DNA of 64,000 nucleotides, from positions 1,056,001-1,120,000 of the forward strand of contig CBDDFZ010000002.1 in assembly GCA_965227515.1 (NCBI GenBank). Direction: 5' to 3'. The DNA comes from Alphaproteobacteria bacterium (GTDB taxonomy: Bacteria > Pseudomonadota > Alphaproteobacteria > CALKHQ01). The notes under the pieces are model-generated. The model made no database searches. It was not told where the DNA came from and saw only the letters and a list, made by a program, of their open reading frames with translations. Every line of letters starts with the position of its first letter. Positions within the stretch are counted from its first letter, which is position 1. Made by a program: the position numbers and the translations under genes. Below, piece after piece: positions 49,514 through 61,470 of the stretch.

Positions 49514-50464
49514 ATGCTGACCTACATTGTTCGGCGGCTGCTGTGGGCGGTGCCGGTGCTGTTCGGCATCTCGGTGCTGGTGTTCCTGATCATCGCGGCC
49601 ATTCCCGGCGACACCGCCACCGCTATCCTCGGCGCCTATGCCACGCCGGATAACGTGGCCCGCGTCAACGCGCAATACGGCCTCGATGCGCCGGTGTGGG
49701 AGCGCTATTTCATCTGGCTCGGCGGCGTTCTGGAGGGCGAGCTGGGCCGCTCCTATGCGCTCAACCGGCCGGTGGCGGCGGAAATCGGCGAACGTGTCGG
49801 CCCGACCGCGATCCTGGCGGTCGCGGCGCTCATCCTGTGCTCCATCTTCGGCCTGATCGCCGGCACGGCCGCCGCTGTGCGGCAATACGGTTGGACCGAC
49901 CGCATCCTCAGCCTTGTGGTGCTGGTCGGCATCTCCACGCCGTCGTTCTGGCTCGGCGTGATGGCGATCATCGTGTTCGGCCTGTGGCTGGAATGGTTCC
50001 CGACCGGCGACATGTATTCACTGTTCGGCGACGGCGGACTGTGGGACATGCTGTGGCACCTGGTGATGCCGGCGACCACGCTCGCCATCGTCGCCACAGG
50101 CGTGCTCGCCCGCCTGACCCGCGCCAACATGCTGGAGGTGCTGCGGCAGGACTTCGTGCGCACCGCCCGCGCCAAGGGCCTGCGTGAGCGCCAGGTGATC
50201 ATGGGCCACGCCTTCCGGGCCGCCCTCGGCAATCTGGTGCCGGTCATCGGCATCCAGGCCGGCTTCGTCATCGGCGGCTCGGTCTACGTGGAGGAAGTCT
50301 TCCAGTGGCCCGGCATGGGCCGCATGCTGGTCAACGCCATCTCCCAGCGCGACATCCTGCTGGTGCAGGCCGGCGTGCTGATCATCGCCGCCGCGTTCGT
50401 GCTGATCAACCTGATCGCCGACGTGGTGCAGTCGATCCTCGATCCCCGGGTGCGCGCCCGATGA
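49514..50464 (+). CDS. ABC permease (DppB-like)
   Basis: YIVRRLL, TPSFW, FVRTARAKGL and VFQWPGMG. Confidence 0.93.
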   Translation: MLTYIVRRLLWAVPVLFGISVLVFLIIAAIPGDTATAILGAYATPDNVARVNAQYGLDAPVWERYFIWLGGVLEGELGRSYALNRPVAAEIGERVGPTAILAVAALILCSIFGLIAGTAAAVRQYGWTDRILSLVVLVGISTPSFWLGVMAIIVFGLWLEWFPTGDMYSLFGDGGLWDMLWHLVMPATTLAIVATGVLARLTRANMLEVLRQDFVRTARAKGLRERQVIMGHAFRAALGNLVPVIGIQAGFVIGGSVYVEEVFQWPGMGRMLVNAISQRDILLVQAGVLIIAAAFVLINLIADVVQSILDPRVRAR

Positions 50465-52337
50465 ACGCCTTCGCCCGCCTGACCGCCAACCCGATGACCG
50501 TGTTCGGCATGGTCATCCTGGGCTTCATCCTTATCGTCACCGTGCTGGCGCCGGTGCTGCCGCTGGCCGACCCGGACCTGCAGCGCAATGTCAGCCAGCC
50601 GATCCCGCCGTTCTCGGAGGGCGCGTTTCTGGGCACCGACCGCTATGGCCGCGACCTGCTGTCCCGGCTGATCTGGGGCACCGGGCTCAGCCTGCTGGTC
50701 GGGCTGGCGGCGACCCTGATCGCCGGCATCATCGGCTCGGCCATCGGCCTCCTCGCCGCGTATTACGGGCGGCTGACCGACACCATCCTGATGCGCAGCA
50801 TCGACACGCTGATGGCGTTCCCCTACCTGCTGCTGGCGCTCGCCATCGTCGCCGCGTTCGGCTCCGGGCTGATGAACGCGCTGCTGGCCATCGCGGTGGT
50901 CAACATCCCGTTCTTCGCCCGCGCGGTCCGGGGACAGGCGCTGTCCATCGTCCACCAGGACTACGTCTCCGCCGCACGGCTCAGCGGGTTCTCCGACGCG
51001 CGCATCATCCTGGGCGAGATCCTGCCAAACGTGTTCCCGGTCGTCGTCGTCACCATGTCGACCACGCTGTCGTGGATGATCCTGGAGACGGCGGGCCTGA
51101 GCTTCCTCGGCCTTGGCGCCCAGCCGCCGACGGCCGACCTTGGCTCGATGCTCGCCGGCGGCCGCGAGCTGATCCACAACGCGCCCTTCGTCGCCCTGTT
51201 GCCGGGGCTGGTGATCTTCCTGCTGGCCATCGGTCTCAATCTGGTCGGCGACGGGGTGCGAGACATGCTGGACCCCAGGCTGACGTCCGGCGCGCTGACC
51301 CGCCCCGCCGCCGTCACAGCCCGCGCCGCCAGGCCTGCCGCACTGCCGGACGCGACGCCGCTGCTCGACGTGCGCAACCTCGACGTTTCGTTCCAGATGG
51401 GCGCGCGGCGGCTGGATGTGGCGCGCGACGTCAGCTTTCAGATCGCGCGGGGCGAACGGTTGGGCGTGGTCGGCGAGAGCGGGTCCGGCAAGTCGGTGAC
51501 TGCGCTCGCGCTGTTGGGGCTGGTGCCGTCGCCGCCGGGCATCGTGCGCGGCGGGCAGGCCTGGTTCCGGCCCGATCCGGACGAGCCGCCGGTGGACCTG
51601 ATCCAGGCCCCGCTGCGCCGGCTGCAGGACATTCGCGGTCGTCAGATCGCCTGCATTTTCCAGGACCCGCTGACCGCGCTGAACCCGGTGCGTCCGGTCG
51701 GCCGCCAGATCGCCGAGGCCATCGTGCGCCACCAGGGGCTGACGAGCAGCGCGGCACAGGCGGAGGCGGTGCGCCAGCTCGAACTGGTGCAGTTGCCGCA
51801 GGCCAAGACCAAGGCGCTCTCGTACCCGCACGAGCTGTCCGGCGGCCAGCAGCAGCGGGTGATGATCGCGATGGCGCTGGCCAATCGGCCGCAGCTGCTG
51901 ATCGCCGACGAGCCGACCACGGCGCTGGACGTCACCACCCAGAAGCGGGTGCTGGAGTTGCTGGAGGAACTGCGCCAGGAAGTCGGCGCCGCCTTGCTGT
52001 TCATCAGCCACGACTTCGGCGTTGTCGCCGACCTCTGCGACCGGGTGCAGGTGATGTACGGCGGCCAGATCGTCGAGAGTGGTAATGCCGCCGCCGTACT
52101 GTCGGCACCCAGTCATCCCTACACCCGCGCGCTGTTGGACTGCGTGCCGGAGATCGGGGTCGACAAGTCGATCCGCGCCATTCCCGGCCTGCCGCCGGCC
52201 GCCGATGCGCTGCCGCCGGGCTGCGCGTTCGCGCCGCGCTGCGCAAATGCGGTCGACGCTTGCGGGGCAGGGGTGCCCGATCTGCGTGGTCTCGACGGTC
52301 GTCAGGTGCGCTGCATCCGCGCCGAGGAGTTGGCGGG

Positions 52338-52341
<4 letters not shown>
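50461..52341 (+). CDS. Fused ABC permease-ATPase (DppC-DppD)
   Basis: LGTDRYGRD and GLSFLGLG, then GESGSGKS, LSGGQQQR, DEPTTALD and HPYT. Confidence 0.92.
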
Positions 52342-53144
<803 letters not shown>

Positions 53145-53165
53145 GTCTGCTATGCTGCGTGCGGC

Positions 53166-53798
53166 ATGACGTTCACCATCCTGGCACGAGACCCGCAGAC
53201 CAGCGACATGGGCGCGGCAGTGGCCAGCCGCTGGCCGGGCGTCGGCGGCGTGGTGCCGTACCATCGCGCCGGGGTCGGCATCGCTGCCTCGCAGTCGGTG
53301 GCGAACGCGGCCATCGGGGCTGCGATCCTCGACCGGATGGCGGCGGGCGACGCGCCGGCACAGGCTCTCAATGCAGCGGTCGCCGGCGGCATCACGCCCG
53401 AGCGGCGTCAGGTGCTGGCCCTGAGCGCGGACGGCGAGACCGCGCTGTGGTCCGGCGGCGAATGCGTGCCGAACGTTGCCGAGGCCCGGGGCGACAACTG
53501 CGTCGCCGCCGGCAACATGCTGGCCGATCCGGGCGTGGCCGACGCGATGATCGCCGCCTTTGCCGGGGCAGGCGCCCTGCCATTCTCGGAACGCCTCCTC
53601 GCCGCCCTGATGGCGGGGGAGGCGGCCGGCGGCGACCGGCGTGGGCGGGAAGCGGCAGGTCTGATGGTATGGCCGGCGGACCATCCGTCGCCGAACCGGC
53701 TGCCGCTCGACCTGCGCGCCGACCACCACGATGACCCGATTGCCATGCTGGCAACGCTGCTCGCCCGCCGCCGCGAGGTCGATCCGGGCACGTATTGA
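53166..53798 (+). CDS. DUF1028 family protein
   Basis: MTFTILARD, AAGNML, GEAAGGDRRG and DLRADHHDDP. Confidence 0.88.
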   Translation: MTFTILARDPQTSDMGAAVASRWPGVGGVVPYHRAGVGIAASQSVANAAIGAAILDRMAAGDAPAQALNAAVAGGITPERRQVLALSADGETALWSGGECVPNVAEARGDNCVAAGNMLADPGVADAMIAAFAGAGALPFSERLLAALMAGEAAGGDRRGREAAGLMVWPADHPSPNRLPLDLRADHHDDPIAMLATLLARRREVDPGTY

Positions 53799-53808
53799 CT
53801 ACCCCTCC

Positions 53809-53918
53809 CGTCATTGCGAGGAGCGCCCGATGCGGCGCGACGCGGCAATCCAGAGCAACCTCACCGACGACACGGTAATCGCCTGGATCGCTTCGTCGCT
53901 TCACTCCTCGCGATGACG
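53809..53918. repeat. REP-like palindromic element (family B)
   Basis: CGTCATTGCGAGGAG...GCAATCCA ... TGGATCGC...CTCCTCGCGATGACG; similar to 59460-59589. Confidence 0.78.
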
Positions 53919-53957
53919 CAATGAATATTGGGTGAGTCGATCGCTATTCACGTCGAC

Positions 53958-54773
53958 CTACACGTCCACAACGCCGTCACCACGGCGCAGCATCGCGGCC
54001 ACTGCCAGCGCCAGTACGGTCGAGGCGATCAGCACCACTGTCACCAGCGCGTTGATCTCGGCGCTGAAGCCGGTGCGCATCATCGCCCACATCCGCGTCG
54101 GCAGCGTGTTGGTGTCGCCGACCAGGAACAGCGTGATCAGCGTCTCGTCGAAGCTGAGGGTGAAGGCGAGCAGGCCGGAGGCGATGGCGGCCGACTTGAT
54201 CTGCGGCGCCAGCACGTAGCGGAAGGTCTGCCAGCCGGTGGCGCCCAGGTCCATCGACGCCTCGACCTGGCTGCGGCTGAGCTGCTGCAGCCGGTTGAGG
54301 ATGGTGCGGTAGACGATGGCGAGCACGAACAGGGTGTGGCCCGCCGTCACTGCGATCAACCCTCGCGGGATGTCGAACTCGCGGGTGAAGATCAACAGCG
54401 CCAGCCCGGTGATAATCGGCGGCAGCAGGAACGGCAGGAAGACCACGAACTGCAGCGGCCATCGCCAGCGGCTGTTGGAGCTGTTGACGTAGAACGCAAT
54501 CGCCGACGCCAGGATCAGCGCGAAGAAGACGGCGAAGAAGCCGACCACCAGGGTGTTGAGAAGGGAATTGACGACGGTCTCGTTGTCGAACAGCCCGCCG
54601 TACCATTCCAGGGTGAAGCTGTCCCACTGCACCCGGCCGCGCCGCACGTTGAACAGGCTGGAGACCGCGACCACGAACACCGGGGCATAAAGCGCCACGA
54701 ACACGGCCGCCACCAGCAGGCCGAGCAGGATGCGCGCGGCCTTCTGGCCGGATGTCGTTCCCGTAGCAGTCAT
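53958..54773 (-). CDS. ABC permease (PotC-like)
   Basis: FTLEWY, EASMDLGA and FTLSFDE. Confidence 0.92.
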   Translation of the reverse strand: MTATGTTSGQKAARILLGLLVAAVFVALYAPVFVVAVSSLFNVRRGRVQWDSFTLEWYGGLFDNETVVNSLLNTLVVGFFAVFFALILASAIAFYVNSSNSRWRWPLQFVVFLPFLLPPIITGLALLIFTREFDIPRGLIAVTAGHTLFVLAIVYRTILNRLQQLSRSQVEASMDLGATGWQTFRYVLAPQIKSAAIASGLLAFTLSFDETLITLFLVGDTNTLPTRMWAMMRTGFSAEINALVTVVLIASTVLALAVAAMLRRGDGVVDV

Positions 54774-55645
54774 TGCACCCGCACCAGCCGGGCCAGTGCC
54801 GCGCTCAGCGCGATCACTGCCAGCGAGACCATCAGCAGGATCGCGCCCATGGCCGCCCCCATCGGCCAGTTGAACGCCATGCCGAACTGGGTCTCGACCA
54901 GCCGGCCATAGGTGAAGCCGCCGGTGCCGCCGACCATCTGCGGGGTCAGGAAGTCGCCCATGGCAAGCACGAACGAGAACAGGCCGCCGACCGCCGCCCC
55001 CGGCAGGCTGAGCGGCAGGGTGACGTGCACGAAGGTCTGCCACGGCCGCCCGCCCAGGTCCGCCGACGCATGGCTCAGGCTCTTGCCGATCTTCTCCAGC
55101 GACACATAGATCGGCACCACCACGAACGGCAGGTAGACCACCGTCATGGTGATCAGGATCGCCTCGCGGTTGTAGAGGAAGTCGCGCGACGGCTCGTCCA
55201 GGATGCCGATGCCGACCAGGATCTGGTTGAGGAAGCCGTGGTAGTCCAGGATCGTGCGCATGGCATAGAGCTTGATGATGTAGCTCATGAACAGCGGCAC
55301 GATGGTCAGCAGCAGCAACGCGTAGCGCAGGCGCGGCCGGAGCGAATGGATGAAGTAGGCGACCGCGTAGCCCAGCACCAGGTCGATCGCCATCACCTCC
55401 AGCGCCAGCAGCAGGGTGAAGCCGAACACCGCCATGTTCGGCGCGTCGGCGTCGAACCACGCGATGTAGTTGTGCAGCGACAGCGCGGGGATGATCTCGG
55501 TGTCGGTGCGCTGAAAGAAGCTGTAGGCGAGGAAGGAGACGATGGGCAGCAGCACGATGATGGCCGGCACGCCATAGACTGCGCCAACCCAAAACAGACG
55601 GCCGGGCCGCCAGCGCAAGGTTGGGCCTGCCTCGGTCGCGCTCAC
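54770..55645 (-). CDS. ABC permease (PotB-like)
   Basis: YLPFVVVPIY, ASADLGG and FNWPMGAA; GTG start overlaps the upstream TGA. Confidence 0.9.
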   Translation of the reverse strand: MSATEAGPTLRWRPGRLFWVGAVYGVPAIIVLLPIVSFLAYSFFQRTDTEIIPALSLHNYIAWFDADAPNMAVFGFTLLLALEVMAIDLVLGYAVAYFIHSLRPRLRYALLLLTIVPLFMSYIIKLYAMRTILDYHGFLNQILVGIGILDEPSRDFLYNREAILITMTVVYLPFVVVPIYVSLEKIGKSLSHASADLGGRPWQTFVHVTLPLSLPGAAVGGLFSFVLAMGDFLTPQMVGGTGGFTYGRLVETQFGMAFNWPMGAAMGAILLMVSLAVIALSAALARLVRVQ

Positions 55646-56735
55646 GAGGGACCCCGCGCCACCACCGCCATGTCGGCGGTATCCCAGCCGATGCGCACCG
55701 TTGCCCCGCCCTCCGGCGCGCGCGACTGCTTCTCGCTGGTCAGCATGACGCGGAGCGGCGGCGTGTCGCCATCGCCGGTGCGCAGCATCAGGTGCGAGGT
55801 CGGGCCGACGAAGACGACCTCGTCGACGGTGGCCTCGACGGTCACTTCGGCGCTCTCGTCGGCGGCCAGCGGGCGGATTGCTTCCGGCCGGATCGCGGCG
55901 TAGACCGCACCGCCGGGCGCGTCGGCTGGCGCCGGCAAGCGGCCGAGCGGGGTGTCGACCTGGCCACCGCTGCACGTTCCCGGGATCAGATTGTTCTCGC
56001 CGAAGAAGCCGGCCACGAACTCGGTGGTCGGCCGGTAGTAGACGTCGCGCGGGGTGCCGATTTGCTCGATCCGCCCGTCGTTCATCACCACCACCCGATC
56101 GGACATGGTGATCGCCTCCTCCTGATCGTGGGTGACGAACAGGAAGGTGGTGTCGATGCGCCGTTGCAGTCGCTTGAGGAAGAGCTGCATCTGCCGCCTG
56201 AGCTCGGCGTCCAGCGCGGCCAGCGGCTCGTCGAGCAGGATCAGCCGCGGCTCGCAGACGATGGCGCGGGCCAATGCGACGCGCTGCTTCTGGCCGCCGG
56301 AGAGCTGGCCCGGATAGCGGCCGGCCAGCGCATCCAGCCCCACGGTCTCCAGCACCTCGGCGACCTTGCGGGAAATCTCCGACTTCGGCGCGTGGCGCAC
56401 CATCAGCCCGTAGCCGACGTTCTTCGCCACTGTCATGTGCGGGAACAACGCGTAGTCCTGGAACACGGTGTTGAACGGCCGCTTGAAGATCGGCACCTGG
56501 GCGATATCGCGCCCTTCGAACAGGATCGACCCCTGGGTCGGGGCCAGCAGGCCGCAATCAGGCGCAGGATCGTGGTCTTGCCCGAGCCGCTGGGGCCGAG
56601 CAGGGTGACGAACTCGCCGTCGAGAATTTCGAGGTCGACGCCATGCAGCACCTGGGTGTCGCCAAAGCGCATGACGACATCGCGCAACTCCAGGGCCACT
56701 GGCCCGCCGGCTCCATTCGCCGTCGTCTCAGGCAA
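55642..56735 (-). pseudogene. PotA-like ABC ATPase split by a 1-nt frameshift near 56552 (pseudogene or sequencing error)
   Basis: The Walker A frame ([15 protein letters not shown]) switches to the frame with [13 protein letters not shown]...LSGGQKQR...DEPLAALD. The minus strand reads ATT GCG GC CTG where GCG GGC is expected. Confidence 0.85.
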
Positions 56736-57897
56736 CGGTGTAGCGCTCCAGAGCCTCCCGGTTGAGCTCGATGCCCAGGCCCGGCCGGGTCGGCAGCGGG
56801 ATCACGCCGTCGACCAGGTCCAGTTCCTCGGCCACCAGTTCCTTGCGCAGTGTCTCGACGCAGAGCTGCGGCGGCAGGTACTCGATGAACGTGCAGTGCG
56901 GCGTGTTGAACGCCAGGTGCGCGGTGGCGGAGATCGAGATGCCGGTCTTCCAGCAGTGGGGCACGATGATGCGGTCGCGTTCCGCGGCCATGTCGCAGAC
57001 GATCTTGGCCTCGCCCAGCCCGCCGACCCGGCCCACATCGGGCTGCGCCACGTCCACCATGCCGCGGTCCATCAGGTCCTCGAACTCATAGCGGGTGGCC
57101 AGCCACTCGCCGGCCGCGATCGGCATCGGTGCCGCCTCGTGCAGCTTGCGGTACTCGTCCAGGCTGTCGGACCAGATCGGCGTTTCCAGGAAATAGACGT
57201 CATAGTCCGCCCAGTCCTTCACTGTTTCCAGGCAGGTGGCGGCATCTTCCCACAAATACTGGACGTCGACCATCAGGGTGATATCGGGGCCTATGGCCTC
57301 GCGCACCGCTTCCACCACCTTCGTGTGCAGGTGGAACGGCTCGCGCATGCCGCTGTGGGCATAGGGGCCGTTCATGGTGACTTCGCTCTTCATGGCGCGG
57401 AAGCCCAAGTCCTTCGCTTTCTTCGCTGATTCCACCAGCGCGTCGCGATAGGCGGCGAAGTCGTGGCCCGCCGGCTGCAGCGAGGCGTAGGGCACCACAT
57501 GGTCCTTCACAGCACCACCCAGCAGTTCGTGCACCGGCTTGCCCTCGACCTTGCCCTTCAGGTCCCACAGCGCCATGTCGACCGCGCTCATCGCGTGCAC
57601 CACCACGCCGCGGCGCCCGTTCATGGCGGTGCCCAGGTACATGCGCCGCCAGATGCCCTCGATATCCGCCGGGTCGGTGCCGATCAGCATGTCGCGCACG
57701 CACAGCCCCATGGTGTGGGTGCCCGGCGCTTCGATGCAGGCCTTGGCCATCCACGGGTTCACGTCGGACTCGCCGATGCCGGTGTGGCCGCTGTCGGTCG
57801 TGATGATGACGACGAAGCTGTCCTGCGCCGACGACGTGAACGTGGGGTCGTAATTAGGCGCCAGCAGCACGTGGCAAGTGATATCGGTGATCTTCAT
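56728..57897 (-). CDS. Mandelate racemase/MLE (enolase superfamily) protein, paralog A
   Basis: [31 protein letters not shown] and IEY. Confidence 0.92.
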   Translation of the reverse strand: MKITDITCHVLLAPNYDPTFTSSAQDSFVVIITTDSGHTGIGESDVNPWMAKACIEAPGTHTMGLCVRDMLIGTDPADIEGIWRRMYLGTAMNGRRGVVVHAMSAVDMALWDLKGKVEGKPVHELLGGAVKDHVVPYASLQPAGHDFAAYRDALVESAKKAKDLGFRAMKSEVTMNGPYAHSGMREPFHLHTKVVEAVREAIGPDITLMVDVQYLWEDAATCLETVKDWADYDVYFLETPIWSDSLDEYRKLHEAAPMPIAAGEWLATRYEFEDLMDRGMVDVAQPDVGRVGGLGEAKIVCDMAAERDRIIVPHCWKTGISISATAHLAFNTPHCTFIEYLPPQLCVETLRKELVAEELDLVDGVIPLPTRPGLGIELNREALERYTVA

Positions 57898-57964
57898 CGT
57901 CGGCAGTGCTTTCTCATTCTTCCGGTGTCATGCGCGGAGCTTGACGCAGCTGTCACCATCAAGT

Positions 57965-58143
57965 TGTCATCCTCGGGCTTGTCCCGAGGATCCATTTTTG
58001 TCCAACACACCAACGGGTTACTCGCTTTTCCGCGGACTGTGTGGCAATCGCTTCGCAAGCATCACCGCCTCGGCAACGCGCGTATATCGGACTCATTGAG
58101 CCCCGCATCGCGATGGGCCCTCGCAACAAGTACGAGGGCGACG
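57965..58143. repeat. REP-like palindromic element (family A)
   Basis: TGTCATCCTCGGGCTTGTCCCGAGGATCCAT ... ATGGGCCCTCGCAACAAGTACGAGGGCGAC. Confidence 0.75.
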
Positions 58144-58231
58144 AATGGCTCTTGGTGAGGTTCGATTTGAGGTGGAGGCATCTCTCGATCGTTCAGTGGC
58201 TAGGAAGGGCCTGCAATTGCGATTGGCTGCT

Positions 58232-59401
58232 CTAGGCGACGGTGTAGCGGTCGAGCACGTCGCGGTTGAGCTCGATGCCGAGCCCGGGCCCGGTGGGCAG
58301 CGGTATTGTGCCGTCGACAAGGTCCAGTTTCTCGGCGACCAGTTCCTTGCGCAGGGTCTCGACGCAGAGTTGCGACGGCAGGTATTCGATGAACGCGCAG
58401 TGCGGGGTGGCAAACGCCAGGTGCGCGGTGGCGGAAATCGAGATGCCGGTCTTCCAGCAATGCGGCACCACGATGCGACGTCGCTCCGCGGCCATGTCGC
58501 AGACGATCTTGGCCTCGCTGATGCCGCCCACCCGCCCGACGTCGGGCTGCACCACGTCGGCACGGCCCCGGTCCATCAGTTCCTCGAACTCGTAGCGGGT
58601 GGCGAGCCACTCGCCGGCGGCGACCTTCATTGGTGCAGCGTCATGGACGCGCCCGAAGCCGTCGACATCGTCGGACCAGACCGGGGTCTCCAGGAAGAAC
58701 AGGTCGAATTCGGCCCACTCGGTCACCGTGCTGAGCGCGGTCTCGGCATCCGGCCACAGATAGCCGACGTCGACCATCATAGTGATGTCGGGGCCTATTT
58801 CGGCCCGCACCGCGGCCACCACCTCGGTGTGGGCGTCGTAGGAGGCCTCCAGCCCGGCGTGGGCGTAGGGGCCGTTCATGATCACCTCGGCTTTCACCGC
58901 CTTGAAGCCGAGCGCCACCGCATCGGACGCGGCCTTGACCAGGGCGTCGCGGTACTCCGGCACCGTGTGGCCGGTGGGCAGCAGCGAGGCATAGGGGATG
59001 ACGTGGTCCTTCACCGCGCCGCCGATCAGCGCGTGGACCGGCTTTCCCTCCGCCTTGCCCTTCAGGTCCCACAGCGCCATGTCGATGGCGCTCATGGCGT
59101 GGATCACCACGCCGCGCCGGCCGTTCATGGCGGTGCCGAGATAGATGCGGCGCCAGATACCGGCGATGTCGTCCGGGTCGGCGCCGACCAGTATGTCCTT
59201 GATGCACAGGCCCATGGTGTGGGTGCCCGGCGCCTCGACGCAGGCCTTGGCCATCCACGGGTTGACGTCGGCCTCGCCGATGCCGGTCAGGCCTTCGTCG
59301 GTGTGGATCAGGACCACGAACGAGTCCTGCGCCGACGAGGTCAGCGACGGGTCGTAGTTCGGCGCCAGCAGCACGCGGCATTCGATGTCGGTGATACGCA
59401 T
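58232..59401 (-). CDS. Mandelate racemase/MLE (enolase superfamily) protein, paralog B
   Basis: Same motifs as paralog A and the same 1170-nt length; ATG at 59401. Confidence 0.92.
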   Translation of the reverse strand: MRITDIECRVLLAPNYDPSLTSSAQDSFVVLIHTDEGLTGIGEADVNPWMAKACVEAPGTHTMGLCIKDILVGADPDDIAGIWRRIYLGTAMNGRRGVVIHAMSAIDMALWDLKGKAEGKPVHALIGGAVKDHVIPYASLLPTGHTVPEYRDALVKAASDAVALGFKAVKAEVIMNGPYAHAGLEASYDAHTEVVAAVRAEIGPDITMMVDVGYLWPDAETALSTVTEWAEFDLFFLETPVWSDDVDGFGRVHDAAPMKVAAGEWLATRYEFEELMDRGRADVVQPDVGRVGGISEAKIVCDMAAERRRIVVPHCWKTGISISATAHLAFATPHCAFIEYLPSQLCVETLRKELVAEKLDLVDGTIPLPTGPGLGIELNRDVLDRYTVA

Positions 59402-59459
59402 GTTCTTTTTGGGTGTCGTCGGCAAGCGCCCGCCGTTGCGGGACGCGCAAATCATGCTG

Positions 59460-59589
59460 CCGTCATTGCGAGCCCGCGTCCGCGGGCGCGGCAATCCAGG
59501 CGTCAGCTCAAGCCTTGCAGGAAAACCCCTGGATTGCCGCGTCGCGCCGCCCCATTCCAAGTGATGGGCGGCGCTCCTCGCAATGACGG
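59460..59589. repeat. REP-like palindromic element (family B)
   Basis: CCGTCATTGCGAG...GCAATCCAGG ... CCTGGATTGC...CTCGCAATGACGG. Confidence 0.78.
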
Positions 59590-59611
59590 TCGTTTGGTTG
59601 GCGCGCCCGCC

Positions 59612-60658
59612 CTACTGCACCGGCGCCGCCTTGATCTCGTTCCACAGCGACACGCGGCGCTCGAAGTCCTCCGGCGGCAGCAGCCAGTTCAGCCGGTCGG
59701 CATAGTCCAGGCCCTCGGACTCCGACGTGGTGTTGCCATAGCCATAGGTGGCCGACATCGCCTCGCCGATTTTCTTCTCAAGGAAGAAGTTGATCCACTG
59801 CAGGGCCAATTCCTCGTCGCCGACGCCGCGGCTCATCACCCAGCAGTCGAGCCAGCCGATGCCGCCTTCCTCGGGGATGATGTACTGCACGTTCAGCCCA
59901 CGGTCGGCCATGCCGACCTTCTGGAACTCGCCCATGGCGAACATCGCCACCACGTCGGACTGCTCCCAGATATCCATGCCTTCCTCGAAGCCGGCGTAAT
60001 AGGTCTGCAACAGCGCCTTCTGCGCCAGCAGCGCCTCCTTCACCGCCTCGAACTCCTCGTCGGAGAGGTCGTAGGGGTTCTCGAAGCCGAGATAGATCGC
60101 GGTGTTGACGATGTTGTTGTTGGCGTCGTCCAGCGCGATCATGCGGCCGCGGTACTGCTCGTCCCACAGCACCTCCCACGAGGTCGGCGGGGTGTCGCCG
60201 AACTCGTCGACGTCGTAGATCAGGCCAAGCGAGCCCCAGGCCATCGGCACGCCATAGACGCCGCCGTCGATCTGCACTTCGGCCACATCCTGGAACGCCG
60301 GCAGCAGGTTCGCTGTATTGGCGATCTGGCTGACGTCGATCGCCTTCAGCAGGCCCTGCTCGTAGTAGCGCGGGATGCCGCTGGTATCGAGCGAGATCAG
60401 GTCGTAGTCGTCGCCGTTGGAGCCGGCCATCTTGGCGAACATCTCGTCCACGCTGCCGGTGTAGGTCACGTTGACCTCGGCGCCGGTCATCTCCTCGAAC
60501 TCGTCGACCCAGGCCTGGTCGGCATAGCCGTCGAAGATGAACAGGCGCAGCACGCCGTCCTCGGCCGACGCGGCTCCCGAAAACGCGATGCCGGCGCCTG
60601 CGCCGATCAGCGCGGCCACGGCGACCGACCGGGTGCGGTTGAACTGCCTATTGGTCAT
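59612..60658 (-). CDS. PotD-like ABC substrate-binding protein
   Basis: Signal peptide; YGVPMAWG, SWEVLWD and IPEEG. Confidence 0.9.
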   Translation of the reverse strand: MTNRQFNRTRSVAVAALIGAGAGIAFSGAASAEDGVLRLFIFDGYADQAWVDEFEEMTGAEVNVTYTGSVDEMFAKMAGSNGDDYDLISLDTSGIPRYYEQGLLKAIDVSQIANTANLLPAFQDVAEVQIDGGVYGVPMAWGSLGLIYDVDEFGDTPPTSWEVLWDEQYRGRMIALDDANNNIVNTAIYLGFENPYDLSDEEFEAVKEALLAQKALLQTYYAGFEEGMDIWEQSDVVAMFAMGEFQKVGMADRGLNVQYIIPEEGGIGWLDCWVMSRGVGDEELALQWINFFLEKKIGEAMSATYGYGNTTSESEGLDYADRLNWLLPPEDFERRVSLWNEIKAAPVQ

Positions 60659-61434
60659 GCCTTGTCTCCCTCGGTTGAGTTGGTGGAATGACGGGTGGTG
60701 GTGCGGGCGGGCGGCAACGTCTCTGCGGTGCCCAGCGTGCGTGCGCCAGCGATGTGGCGCTCGACCTCGGCATCGAGGGCGTCGTCGTCGCCGGCCCTGA
60801 TGGCATTGCAGAGCTGGACGTGCTCCAGCGTGATCATCTCGGGGTCGGGCACGCGCGCGATCTCGCCGGCGAAGATGATCTCCACCTGGCGCGCGATGGT
60901 GCGCCACAGGGTGACCAGCGTGTCGCTGCCCGATGCGTGGTAGAGCGCATCGTGGAACGCGATGTCGGCCCGGTTCATCCCGGGCACGTCGCGCGCCTCC
61001 GCGCAGGTGCGCATGGTGGCGATGGCATCGGTCAGCGGGTCCAGCACGCCGGGGTCGTCGGCGACCTGACGGCTGACCAGGCGCGCGGCCAAGCGCTCCA
61101 GCGCCACCCGCGCCGATTTCACCTCATTGGTCTTTGCGGCGTCGAAGCGGACCACGCGCACGCCGCGATTGGGCTCGGCACGAACGATACCTTGGGTCAC
61201 CAGCGTGCGCAGCGCATCGCGCACCGGCGCGCGGCTGACCGCGAGTTCGTTGGCGAGGTCGGCCTCGATCAGCCGTTCGTCGGCCTTCAGGATGCCGCGC
61301 CCGATGGCGTGGACGATCCGGTCGGCCACCTGCTCGGGCAGCGTGCGTGGCATCAGCGGCGCCAGGCGCCGTCCTTCCCCGGTGTCCAACAGACCCGCAT
61401 CCGTAATGGACGCGCGGCGCAGCGTGTCGCTCAA
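60655..61434 (-). CDS. GntR (FCD) regulator
   Basis: EADLANELAVSRAPVRDAL and DIAFH; TTG start. Confidence 0.9.
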   Translation of the reverse strand: MSDTLRRASITDAGLLDTGEGRRLAPLMPRTLPEQVADRIVHAIGRGILKADERLIEADLANELAVSRAPVRDALRTLVTQGIVRAEPNRGVRVVRFDAAKTNEVKSARVALERLAARLVSRQVADDPGVLDPLTDAIATMRTCAEARDVPGMNRADIAFHDALYHASGSDTLVTLWRTIARQVEIIFAGEIARVPDPEMITLEHVQLCNAIRAGDDDALDAEVERHIAGARTLGTAETLPPARTTTRHSTNSTEGDKA

Positions 61435-61470
61435 CGTCGTTCCCCCGATCTGCTGCGCCCAGCGTATGCA

